Below, one piece after another: positions 40,851 through 49,657 of a stretch of DNA of 64,000 nucleotides. The stretch's first letter is position 1; each line of letters opens with the position of its first letter. Source of the DNA: Candidatus Woesebacteria bacterium (GTDB taxonomy: Bacteria > Patescibacteriota > Microgenomatia > UBA8517); contig CP055308.1 of the NCBI GenBank assembly GCA_013374855.1, forward strand, positions 178,277 to 242,276, read 5' to 3'. The position numbers were made by a program, and so were the translations under genes. The notes beneath the pieces are model-generated. The model saw only the letters and a list, made by a program, of their open reading frames with translations. It searched no databases and had not been told where the DNA came from.

Positions 40851-41039
40851 GAAGTTTTTTCTTAGTAAAGGAAAATCCCATAAAAATTGCTTTGCCTTAA
40901 GAGATAAAATTGACAATGAAAGTAAAAAATTTTTGTTTTTTAGATAAAACATTAGAACAACTTAAAAAACTATTAATCTCTGTTAAAGATGCTTTGAAAA
41001 ATAGAAAAATGGATATATCAGTAATTAAAATTAATATGA

Positions 41040-41310
41040 CAAATTAGACAAACATTTTACAGAAAATATCGATGAAATTGACAATAAATTAGCTAACCTT
41101 AAAAAGGCTAAAAATAATTATTATTTAACTGTAGATACCTTCTTTAACTTACAAATAGAGCTTATGATTTATTTCTTAGTTCTGAAATAGAAGAAAGGTA
41201 ACTCTTGAAACTTTTACTTGAGAACCTTGAAGTCAGATGGCAAAATAGTCCGATATACCTTGATAAAACCATTCGACACAATCCTTAATTTTGCTGATAG
41301 TCAACTCCCC
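41040..41310 (+). mobile_element. Remnant copy 2 of a serine-recombinase-type gene (about 270 bp of the 3' region, ...IDEIDNKLANLKKAKNNYYLTVDTFFNLQIELMIYFLV... then the DGKIVRYTLIKPFDTILNFADSQLP tail), adjacent to repeat R2.
   Basis: Nucleotide and peptide similarity to 45790-46075 and 29603-29669. Frames are interrupted. Confidence 0.5.
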
Positions 41311-41316
41311 TAAAAG

Positions 41317-41351
41317 ACTTGTTCTGCAACCACAAACTAGAGTTTGATATA
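41317..41351 (+). repeat. 35-bp direct repeat R2, copy b.
   Basis: Exact match to 33131-33165. Confidence 0.65.
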
Positions 41352-41415
41352 GGCCTCAGCAACCCTAAAGTTTCATTTGAAAAACCAGGACTAAAACAAA
41401 CAAAGCTCGTTTTTG

Positions 41416-42339
41416 CTACCCTGTAAAGCTCTTATAAACCTGCTTTACCAGCGACATCGCATAATCAATATCGTCTTCATCTTTAATATCGAATTCAGAT
41501 ATGTGAACATTGTAATATTTATAACTATTTTCTGAATATCTAACCCTTTTTTCTGGATCTTTTAGATCTTCAGGTTTTACTCTAAGAAGTGATAATAAAA
41601 GCTTTAACTTTCTTATTTGAACTGTAACAAGGTTTTTATTTCCAATGTTAAAACCTATGTAATATTTTACCGGTTTAATCTTTATTTGAGGGTCGATCTC
41701 CAAAACTCTCTGAGAAAACTCATCAAACAACTCCTTCGCCTTAGTCCAATTGGGTCTAATGTGATCTTCAATGGAATACTGCTTAATTTCCCTAGACACT
41801 CGCTCAATGTCTTTGTTCTTAGTAACGGTTCTTATACTCTCACTCTTTTCAGAAGCCCTAACCTGATTAAAAGAAACTAAATTCTCGTCATATTTCTTTA
41901 CTTCCCAAAGCTCAATCGGCAAATCTTGAAACCCAATAGCTTCCTGTTGATATTTAGTAAAAGATTGAGCAATAAAAATTACTCTGGATTGAGACCAGTC
42001 AATATCATCTTTTTTTAGATTTTTCTTAGTTTTTTCATTATATTCAAGAACAAAATCAGCTTTATTGTTTAACAGTAGAGCAAGGTAAGCATATCCCTGG
42101 TCAATTACACTAAAATTTTTATCTCGCTTATACTCAATAACCACAAATGCTTTAGCTTCTTCATCAAAAGCCAATGTATCAATCCGCAGATTATTCAAGA
42201 AAAACTCCGTAGCAACAAAACTCAAACCAAAAACCTCACTCAAATTGGCTTCAACTAAACTTTGTAAGGTTTTTTCCAACTCTACCTTCTTTTCTTTGAT
42301 AGGAACGAGTTTATTATCAATCTGCTTATAAATCGGCAT
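41416..42339 (-). CDS. PD-(D/E)xK nuclease-like protein (restriction-endonuclease-like fold).
   Basis: D ... E-Y-K arrangement (RIDTLAFDEEAKAFVVIEYKRDK) typical of PD-(D/E)xK cores. The exact family is unassigned. Confidence 0.45.
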   Translation of the reverse strand: MPIYKQIDNKLVPIKEKKVELEKTLQSLVEANLSEVFGLSFVATEFFLNNLRIDTLAFDEEAKAFVVIEYKRDKNFSVIDQGYAYLALLLNNKADFVLEYNEKTKKNLKKDDIDWSQSRVIFIAQSFTKYQQEAIGFQDLPIELWEVKKYDENLVSFNQVRASEKSESIRTVTKNKDIERVSREIKQYSIEDHIRPNWTKAKELFDEFSQRVLEIDPQIKIKPVKYYIGFNIGNKNLVTVQIRKLKLLLSLLRVKPEDLKDPEKRVRYSENSYKYYNVHISEFDIKDEDDIDYAMSLVKQVYKSFTG

Positions 42340-42378
42340 AACAAGACCATTGTAGCAAAAATTGATAAAATATGATAA

Positions 42379-42591
42379 ATGGAGTTAAATGTAATTGGCA
42401 TGGTAGAAGATAGATACTACAGCATTGAAGAAGTGGCTAAAATGTTAAAAGTTGTCTATTTGACAGTTTATCGCTGGATACAATCAGGTAAGTTAGTAGC
42501 TTATAAAGCTGGGAAACAATATAGAATTAAAAATAAAGACCTTGAAAATTTTATAGGGAAGAAAAAATCTAAGAAAACATTATTGATATGA
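42379..42591 (+). CDS. Excisionase-family helix-turn-helix DNA-binding protein.
   Basis: YYSIEEVAKMLKVVYLTVYRWIQSGKLVAYKAGKQYRI matches the excisionase/MerR-type HTH. Confidence 0.75.
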   Translation: MELNVIGMVEDRYYSIEEVAKMLKVVYLTVYRWIQSGKLVAYKAGKQYRIKNKDLENFIGKKKSKKTLLI

Positions 42592-43717
42592 AAAATAAAG
42601 ATCTTAACATTGCTAAAAAACTAAAAAACGATGAATTTTATACGCAATATCAAGATATTCAAAAAGAAATTGAGGCATATCTTGAGTTCAACCCAGATAC
42701 TTTTATGGATAAGGTAGTATATTGCAATTGTGATGACCCGTATGAAAGCAATTTCTTTCGATACTTTGTTCTTAACTTCCGAAAGCTTGGACTTAAAAAA
42801 CTCATTACGACAAGCTATAGCCCTTCTCCCATTGCTGGTACACAACTTAATTTGTTTGATGTAAACAACGCAGACCGTATTATTCAACATTCTCCCCCAA
42901 AAAAGGCTGTCAAATTTGTTATTCAAGAAGTAGGTGACATTGATGGAGATGGCGAATTTAATTTAAAGGATATCGCAAAACAGCTGAAAGAAAACAGGCA
43001 CAATGAGTGGTCACTCCTTAATGGCAACGGTGATTTTAGAAGTGAAGAATGTATAGAACTTCTTAAGCAGTCGGATATTGTAGTAACCAATCCACCTTTC
43101 TCGCTTTTTCGTGAATATGTCAAACAACTTTTTGATTACAATAAGAAGTTTTTGATTATAGGAAGCATGAACGCAATTACATACAAAGAAATATTTCCTC
43201 TCATAAAGCAAAATATAATATGGTTAGGCCCTAGTATTACAAGTGGCGATAGAGAATTTCAGGTACCAGATTATTATCCACTTAAAGCTGCAGGCTTTAG
43301 AGTAGATGAACAAGGTCGAAAGTTTTCAGAATAAAAGGGGTAAGATGGTTTACAAACCTTGATCATGGTCGCCGCCACAAAGTTATTCCCCTTATGACAA
43401 TGGCAGATAACTTAAAATTTAATAAAAAAATTCAAAACAATCCCGACAGCTACAAAAAATATGACAACTACAACGCTATTGAAGTACCCTATACCGAAGC
43501 CATCCCGAGTGATTATAGTGGTGTAATGGGTGTTCCTGTAAGTTTCTTGGACAGACACAATCCTGAGCAGTTTGAAATTCTAGGTAGCGATTACAATATC
43601 AAAGAAGGACTACTTCCAGATTTAGTCAATCCTGAATGGAAAGGTAAGTTAGATAGAGGGTATATCAATGGTAAAAGGCTTTTTACACGTATCCTTATAA
43701 AACACAAGATAAAATAA
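42588..43717 (+). pseudogene. N6-adenine DNA methyltransferase of the EcoRI-methylase-like family, split by a -1 frameshift at about 43310-43335 into ORFs 42588..43334 and 43394..43717.
   Basis: N-terminal DEFYTQY and catalytic NPPFS in the first ORF. The family-conserved ...WFTNLDHGRRH... reads in the second ORF's frame starting upstream of its ATG (frame open from 43310). MGVPVSFL is in the second ORF. An A4G4 run lies at 43333-43340. Confidence 0.65.
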
Positions 43718-43718
43718 T

Positions 43719-44888
43719 ATGATCACTACACTACGAACAGACATTACTGTGAAGGATATTTGCGAAGGGTTTGTCTACAGCGATCTTGAAGGCAAAGGAT
43801 TATTCGGATGGGGCGGTAAATTAGTAATCCAACCAGAGTACCAACGCAATTACATTTATGCATCCGATGGTGGAAGAAGAGAAATAGCAGTTATCGAATC
43901 AGTACTAAAAGGCTATCCCTTGGGACTTATTTACTTTACCAAAGTTGCGGAAGATAAATTTGAAGTCTTAGACGGCCAACAACGAATCACCAGTCTTGGT
44001 AGATTTATAACTGACAAGTTTGCTATTAAAGATGAGAATGGGCTTGAGCAGTACTTTAGCGGAATGGCAGTAAATAAAAAACAAAAGATTTTGGAAACAA
44101 AGCTTTTGATTTACATTTGCGAAGGAACAGAAAGCGAAATAAAAGAATGGTTTAAGACAATTAACATCGTAGGTATACCTCTTAATGAACAAGAACTCCT
44201 TAATTCTGTATATTCTGGTCCTTTTGTTACTCTTGGGAAAGCAGAGTTTAGTAACAGCCAAAATCCCCATATCAAAAAATGGAGCGCCTACATAAAAGGA
44301 AGTGCTAACAGGCAAGATTTTTGGGCAACAGCTCTCAAGTGGGTAAGCAAGAACAATGTTGGTGACTATATGAGCCGTCATAGATATGATACCAATATTG
44401 ATGAAGTAAAAACATACTTTAATAGTGTCATTGATTGGGTATCAAGCGTGTTTATTGATGTTAAAAAGGAAATGTGTGGACTTGAGTGGGGTAGATTATA
44501 CGAGCAGTATCACAATACTCCCTACAATCCTCAGGAGGTTTCCGAACTGGTGGAGAGACTTTATAATGATCCTTATATCAAAAACCGAAGAGGAATTTTT
44601 GAATATATTTTAGGAGGCTGTCAAACTCCAAATCTTCTTGATATTAGAGTATTTGACGAGGCAACAAAAAGAATAGTGTACAAAAAACAAACCGATGAGG
44701 CGCAAGAAAAACAAATCTCAAACTGTCCTTTGTGCGCAGTTTCAAACACCGCAAACAAAAGTAAAATATGGAAATTTGATGAGATGGAAGCCGATCATGT
44801 TAGTGCGTGGAGCAAAGGTGGAGTGAGCGATATAAACAATTGTCAAATGCTTTGCATAACTCATAACAGAGCAAAAGGAAATAAGTAA
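43719..44888 (+). CDS. DUF262 (ParB-like nuclease, DGQQR motif) plus C-terminal HNH endonuclease domain protein; GmrSD-like.
   Basis: N-terminal ...GYPLGLIYF...DGQQRITS; C-terminal CPLC...[11 protein letters not shown]...[10 protein letters not shown] (HNH). Confidence 0.7.
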   Translation: MITTLRTDITVKDICEGFVYSDLEGKGLFGWGGKLVIQPEYQRNYIYASDGGRREIAVIESVLKGYPLGLIYFTKVAEDKFEVLDGQQRITSLGRFITDKFAIKDENGLEQYFSGMAVNKKQKILETKLLIYICEGTESEIKEWFKTINIVGIPLNEQELLNSVYSGPFVTLGKAEFSNSQNPHIKKWSAYIKGSANRQDFWATALKWVSKNNVGDYMSRHRYDTNIDEVKTYFNSVIDWVSSVFIDVKKEMCGLEWGRLYEQYHNTPYNPQEVSELVERLYNDPYIKNRRGIFEYILGGCQTPNLLDIRVFDEATKRIVYKKQTDEAQEKQISNCPLCAVSNTANKSKIWKFDEMEADHVSAWSKGGVSDINNCQMLCITHNRAKGNK

Positions 44889-44898
44889 GTATGAATGT

Positions 44899-45606
44899 AT
44901 GGACAAAACTCTTTTTCTTTTTATTGACGAATCAGGTAATTTTGACTTCAGTCCGGAGGGAACAAAATACTTTGTACTTACTTGCTTAAGCACTTTTCAA
45001 CCAGTTACTGACAGAGAATTGTTATTAAAACTAAAATATGATCTGCTAACCGATGGTATTGACCAAGAATTTTTTCACGCAACGGAAGATAAACAAATAG
45101 TTAGAGATAAAATTTTTGAGATCATAAGAAACTTAAAAGATGATATAGAAGTACACGCAGTAATCGCACAAAAAAACAAAGCTAATCCTGTATTATATCG
45201 TGAAGAGTATTACAAGAATGGAAGGAAAATAGTAAGAAACACAGGTGCAGAATTTTATCAGCGAATATGTCGGACCCTATTACAATATGTATTCCGTCGA
45301 TCAAATTTTTTGGGAACTAATAAAATCGTAGTTGTTCTTGGTGCAGTTTTTACAAGAGACAAACAGTCAATAATTTTAAAAACACTAAAAGAATACCTAA
45401 AGGAAAATTTTTCAATACCTTTTGAAATTTATTTCCATGCTTCAAAAGCAGATTTAAACTGTCAACTAGCAGACTATTTCGGTTGGTCCATTTACATAAA
45501 ATGGGAAAGGGGTGAAGAACGCCCTTATAACTTGGTAAAAGATAAAATAAAAAGCTCTTTTGAAATATTTAGAACAGGCACAAAAACTTACTATGAGTAT
45601 AAATAA
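44899..45606 (+). CDS. DUF3800-family protein.
   Basis: N-terminal LFLFIDESGNF motif typical of DUF3800. Confidence 0.5.
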   Translation: MDKTLFLFIDESGNFDFSPEGTKYFVLTCLSTFQPVTDRELLLKLKYDLLTDGIDQEFFHATEDKQIVRDKIFEIIRNLKDDIEVHAVIAQKNKANPVLYREEYYKNGRKIVRNTGAEFYQRICRTLLQYVFRRSNFLGTNKIVVVLGAVFTRDKQSIILKTLKEYLKENFSIPFEIYFHASKADLNCQLADYFGWSIYIKWERGEERPYNLVKDKIKSSFEIFRTGTKTYYEYK

Positions 45607-45611
45607 AACGA

Positions 45612-45663
45612 CCAACCCATCTATCCTTGCGGAAGAGCCCGAGGGCTCTTATCAATGGGTTGG
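45612..45663 (+). repeat. Nested inverted repeats (outer ccaacccat/atgggttgg; inner aagagccc gag gggctctt) between the DUF3800 gene and the recombinase remnant. Terminator-like or recombination-site-like.
   Basis: Read directly from the sequence. No U-tract follows. Confidence 0.4.
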
Positions 45664-45716
45664 AACCTTTAGAGGTATTGTAACATAAACTGATAAATTT
45701 TTGTCAAGGGGAATTT

Positions 45717-46075
45717 ATGAAAGCCATAATTTTAGCCAGAGTATCAACTGAAGAACAATTAAAAGAGGGACATCACCACCGATGAATATAACAGATTATA
45801 TAAGCGGTTTAGAGAAAAGATTGATGAAATTGATATTAAGTTAAGTTAGCCAACCTCCAGAAAGCCGAGGATAACTATTATTGTTTGACCGTAAATTATC
45901 TACTCCAAGTCGCAAATCGAGTTTATGATTTGTTCATAAGCTCTGAAATATAAGAAAAACAACAACTTTTAAGACTTTGGCTTCAGAACTTGAAGATTGA
46001 TGGTAAAATAGTCGATATACCTTGATAAAACCCTTTGACACCATCCTCAATTTTGCCGATAGTCAAGCCTGGCTC
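45717..46075 (+). mobile_element. Remnant copy 3 of the serine-recombinase gene. The N-terminus MKAIILARVSTEEQLKEG is followed by a premature stop, then frame-broken internal and C-terminal pieces (...YKRFREKIDEIDIKLS..., ...DGKIVDIPLIKPFDTILNFADSQ).
   Basis: Resolvase/invertase-type N-terminal signature (ARVST.EQ). Tail identical to copies at 29.6 and 41.2 kb. Confidence 0.55.
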
Positions 46076-46262
46076 CACTAAGACCTATTCTTTAGTTACA
46101 AGAGAACTTTAATACGAGCTTAGCGATTTAAAAATCCTCTTTAAAGCTATGATTAAAGAAAAATAATTATTTCCAGGCTTAACTATTTATCAGTTTTTTG
46201 CAACGGACTTTTGCTTTTCTTTGCTTTTTGTTTTAAAATAAAAAGCATAATAATATACTCAA

Positions 46263-47324
46263 ATGCGGAGAACAGAAGAAGAGCTTCTTTGTGCCCTGCC
46301 TCTTGACCTCGAAACTTTCATATTTCTTGCCCAAAAGCGAATTCGTGAACCTGTTGTCGGAAGCTTATATGCCGAATTCATCAATAACGGAACAGCTGAG
46401 ATTTTGAAGGGAATACTCTATAACGTTCCTCCTGAACATCGTCTTCCAATCTTATATACCCTTGTTACCCATGTAACCAAAGAAAAGCCTGTTTTTGTTT
46501 ATGGCATAGGACGTTCTGTCGATTGTATCGATGAAGGGAGGGCAAAATTTGTTGCTGCAAGCACAGATTTGCTTTGGTGTTTATCCCTAATGGTTGATGA
46601 TATCATCGACGAAGACCATTTTCGAGCGGGCAGGAAAACCGCCTGGACAACTTATGGCAAATGGGAAACTTATACATCAGCAGGTGTCGCTTTCGGAATT
46701 CTCCAAGATCTAACCGCACAGACTCTATCTCCAGAAGCAAGGCAATTATTTATTGAAACTGTTCAAGATGGTCTCGAATCCTTAAAAGATCCTTTAATAA
46801 AAGATGTGGACTCTAATATTGAAGCTATCTTAAAAAACATAGATCGTCGAGCACGCTTTCATGTTGAATACCCCGTTAGGGCTTTATTTGCTGACACTGG
46901 AGACGAAGAACTAATTCAAGCAGCCACAAACGCTCTCTCTTGCGTTAATAGAGCGGGCCAAATTCTAAATGATGTTAAAGATCTCGTCCCATCTCAAATC
47001 TACGGAAGAAACTTGTTTTCAGATATCCGAGGTGGCACTGTTACTGTACCTTTTATTATGTTGCAAAACGCCTCAACGCCTAATGAAAAACAGGGATTAA
47101 GAGAGTGTTTTAATTGCCCCCATTTAACGTTGGAGCAAATAGATTGGCTGCAAAGACTTGTTCGTAGAAGGCTTCCAGGGCAACAAATATATGAATTGGT
47201 TTTAAGGAATTACGAAATATTTTTAGAAACGATGAGGGGAATAGTGGCGCCTAAATATTTTGCTTTGTGCCAAGAGTGGGTTAATTATAAAATGGACCAA
47301 GCTAGCAAATTATTATCAAATTAA
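46263..47324 (+). CDS. Isoprenoid-synthase-fold protein (polyprenyl diphosphate synthase- or terpene-synthase-like) with two Asp-rich motifs.
   Basis: First motif LMVDDIIDEDHFRAGRKTAW (compare DDxxD...RRG); second motif GQILNDVKDLV. Confidence 0.5.
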   Translation: MRRTEEELLCALPLDLETFIFLAQKRIREPVVGSLYAEFINNGTAEILKGILYNVPPEHRLPILYTLVTHVTKEKPVFVYGIGRSVDCIDEGRAKFVAASTDLLWCLSLMVDDIIDEDHFRAGRKTAWTTYGKWETYTSAGVAFGILQDLTAQTLSPEARQLFIETVQDGLESLKDPLIKDVDSNIEAILKNIDRRARFHVEYPVRALFADTGDEELIQAATNALSCVNRAGQILNDVKDLVPSQIYGRNLFSDIRGGTVTVPFIMLQNASTPNEKQGLRECFNCPHLTLEQIDWLQRLVRRRLPGQQIYELVLRNYEIFLETMRGIVAPKYFALCQEWVNYKMDQASKLLSN

Positions 47325-47334
47325 AAAAATAGTA

Positions 47335-48513
47335 ATGTTAACTTGTGCAAAACAGAGAAAATCTTCTTTAGAAGATATACCGCCTCAAGTCGCAATTAGA
47401 AATTATTTAGAAAAATATGGCTTTAATGGTCAATTGTTGAAAGAAGATTTGGATTCAAAAACAAAAGTAAGTGTTGTGATTCCTGTCTATAATGAGGCAG
47501 GTGTAATTACTAGATGTTTACAAGCCCTTAACGAACAATTTTATAATGCTTTTGAAGTAGTAGTTGTTGACAACGGAAGCACTGATGAGACCTTAAAAGA
47601 GATAGAAAATTTTAGTAGGCAAGCTAGTTATCCTTTATACGTAATTGAAGAACACACCCCGGGCGTTGCCGCGGCAAGGAAAAGGGGTATGGACGAGGTT
47701 TTATCAAGACTTCTAAAAAGGGGTAGGGAATTTCATCATGTTTTAGTAGTAACAGACGCAGATGTCATTCCCCCAAAAGAATGGCTAGAAAAAATCATTG
47801 TAGGTTTAGGTTGTCATCGACATGGTGGATTGGCGGGTACTCATAAGGCTTCAGAAGAGGTGGAAGAAAAAATCCATAAAGCTACGGGGATAAGAAATTA
47901 TTTTAATATTATTCCATCACTAATAGAGTTTATAGAGAAAAGAGGCGTCGGGGAAATAAAAATGTCTGGCCCAAATAGTGCTTTTACTGCAGTATCCTAC
48001 GCTTTGGGAGGAGGAATAAAACAAGAATTTAGTTCTGATGGGAAACCTAAATTAAGTGAGGTAAATAATTTAGGGAACAGAATTAGACAATGTGGTTATG
48101 AGATAATTCCCATGTGGTGTCAAGTAGTAAAAAACAGAAGAAGAGAATTGTTTGAAATTATAAACAACTGCGAAGACTCTTATTTTCCTAAAAGCTTTTC
48201 CTCAAGTGGAAGGTTTAATGTCATAAGAGAAAATGAGGTAGAATTATTAAGTTTCGCCTGTAATAATGTTTCAAAAGAAACCTGGGAATATTATCGATAT
48301 AAAATGATTTACAAAGTGCTTTGGAATTTCGTTCTTCAGCCGTTTGCTTTAGGTAAAAAAACAGAAGAGCAGGTTCGAGAGATTTTAACAGTAAAGGAAA
48401 TTGATACTTTATTATCTTCCTATTCTCCTCTTACCAATTTTCCAAATAATCAATACACCCACGAATTTTTTAGAGATCTTTTGTCTCGTCTGGAGAGGGT
48501 ATTGCAATTATAA
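47335..48513 (+). CDS. Glycosyltransferase family 2. The start is moved to ATG 47335 to avoid a 65-nt overlap with the upstream gene.
   Basis: VSVVIPVYNEAGVITRCLQALNEQ...EVVVVDNGSTDET; DAD motif (VVTDADVIP). Confidence 0.7.
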   Translation: MLTCAKQRKSSLEDIPPQVAIRNYLEKYGFNGQLLKEDLDSKTKVSVVIPVYNEAGVITRCLQALNEQFYNAFEVVVVDNGSTDETLKEIENFSRQASYPLYVIEEHTPGVAAARKRGMDEVLSRLLKRGREFHHVLVVTDADVIPPKEWLEKIIVGLGCHRHGGLAGTHKASEEVEEKIHKATGIRNYFNIIPSLIEFIEKRGVGEIKMSGPNSAFTAVSYALGGGIKQEFSSDGKPKLSEVNNLGNRIRQCGYEIIPMWCQVVKNRRRELFEIINNCEDSYFPKSFSSSGRFNVIRENEVELLSFACNNVSKETWEYYRYKMIYKVLWNFVLQPFALGKKTEEQVREILTVKEIDTLLSSYSPLTNFPNNQYTHEFFRDLLSRLERVLQL

Positions 48514-48515
48514 TC

Positions 48516-49169
48516 ATGGTACACAGAGAGATAGAAAGCTTGGCTCAAAAATTAGTTTTAGAAGGATTAAGCGCTCAAGAAATACGGGGTATTGCCCTAG
48601 AACATCTCACCGAGGAGGAATTAAACGAAATTTGGAGTATTCCCCGAAGAAATATCTATAGATTCGTGACTAATTGGTTTGATAATTTTGACTGCAAACC
48701 TCCTTTTCTTGATCTTGGTTGCGGAAGAAGAAGTTATAAACCAGAAGTTAAAGAAAGATTTGGGGCACATACACTATTTATTGCTTTAGACTACTACCTA
48801 CCAGACGACAAAGCGATTCCCGAAAGGTTGCCAAATTTGCTCGCTGATGCCTGTCGCTTACCACTTCCGTCTTCATCAATTAACACAGTAATTTGCACAG
48901 AATTATTAGAACACATAGAAGATGACAATTTGGCTGTGGCAGAAATATCGAGGGTTACTAAAAAAGGAGGGTTGTTAATTCTTACTCTGCCAGGAAAACA
49001 CATACCGAAACACGAAAAACCACCATATCAGATAGATTACAGAAGATACAGCAAAGAAGGTATAAACAGGTTGCTCGCAGAGCATGGTTTTAACATTTTA
49101 CATTTTGAAAGTAAAAGTCTATTTGATCTAGAGATAAATTTATTTGCGGTTGCCCAAAAAAGAAAATGA
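48516..49169 (+). CDS. Class I SAM-dependent methyltransferase.
   Basis: Motif I LDLGCGRR; motif post-I/II ...ADACRLPLP...; motif III (GGLLILTLP). Confidence 0.7.
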   Translation: MVHREIESLAQKLVLEGLSAQEIRGIALEHLTEEELNEIWSIPRRNIYRFVTNWFDNFDCKPPFLDLGCGRRSYKPEVKERFGAHTLFIALDYYLPDDKAIPERLPNLLADACRLPLPSSSINTVICTELLEHIEDDNLAVAEISRVTKKGGLLILTLPGKHIPKHEKPPYQIDYRRYSKEGINRLLAEHGFNILHFESKSLFDLEINLFAVAQKRK

Positions 49170-49657
49170 AAAGGATCTTCAACTTAATATCAAACATCTG
49201 CTTTCTTGTTAAAAAGAAAAGCCTCCCAGGATCTTTAGTAATTGTTTGTAGAAAAAACCGAGGCAGGCAAATGTTTTTGCTTATCAAATCTTCTCATAGT
49301 AGGGCAATAACCTTTCCTAGTGGCAATTTAAATCCTTTAGAAGATTTTTTTGAGGCCGCCACCAGAGAACTTTTAGAAGAAACTGGTTTAAAAGCAGAAA
49401 AAGACGATCTGTTTTTGACACCATTAATCCATAAATTTAGATATAAAAACCTTCCTTTCCAAATAAAAAGTCACCAGAAAGTGTTCATTCTATTGTCTGC
49501 TGCTAAAACAAATTGTTTTGATCCACAAGACAAAGATATAGAATGGGTTCGCTGGTATGATCTAGACAGAGTCCTATCCTTATTAAGCTATCCTGAGCTA
49601 AAGACTACTTTTAAAAAGGCAACTAAATATTTAGAAAAATATGAGAAAAGAAGTTGA
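49166..49657 (+). CDS. NUDIX hydrolase.
   Basis: Nudix box (SGNLNPLEDFFEAATRELLEETGL). Confidence 0.7.
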   Translation: MKRIFNLISNICFLVKKKSLPGSLVIVCRKNRGRQMFLLIKSSHSRAITFPSGNLNPLEDFFEAATRELLEETGLKAEKDDLFLTPLIHKFRYKNLPFQIKSHQKVFILLSAAKTNCFDPQDKDIEWVRWYDLDRVLSLLSYPELKTTFKKATKYLEKYEKRS

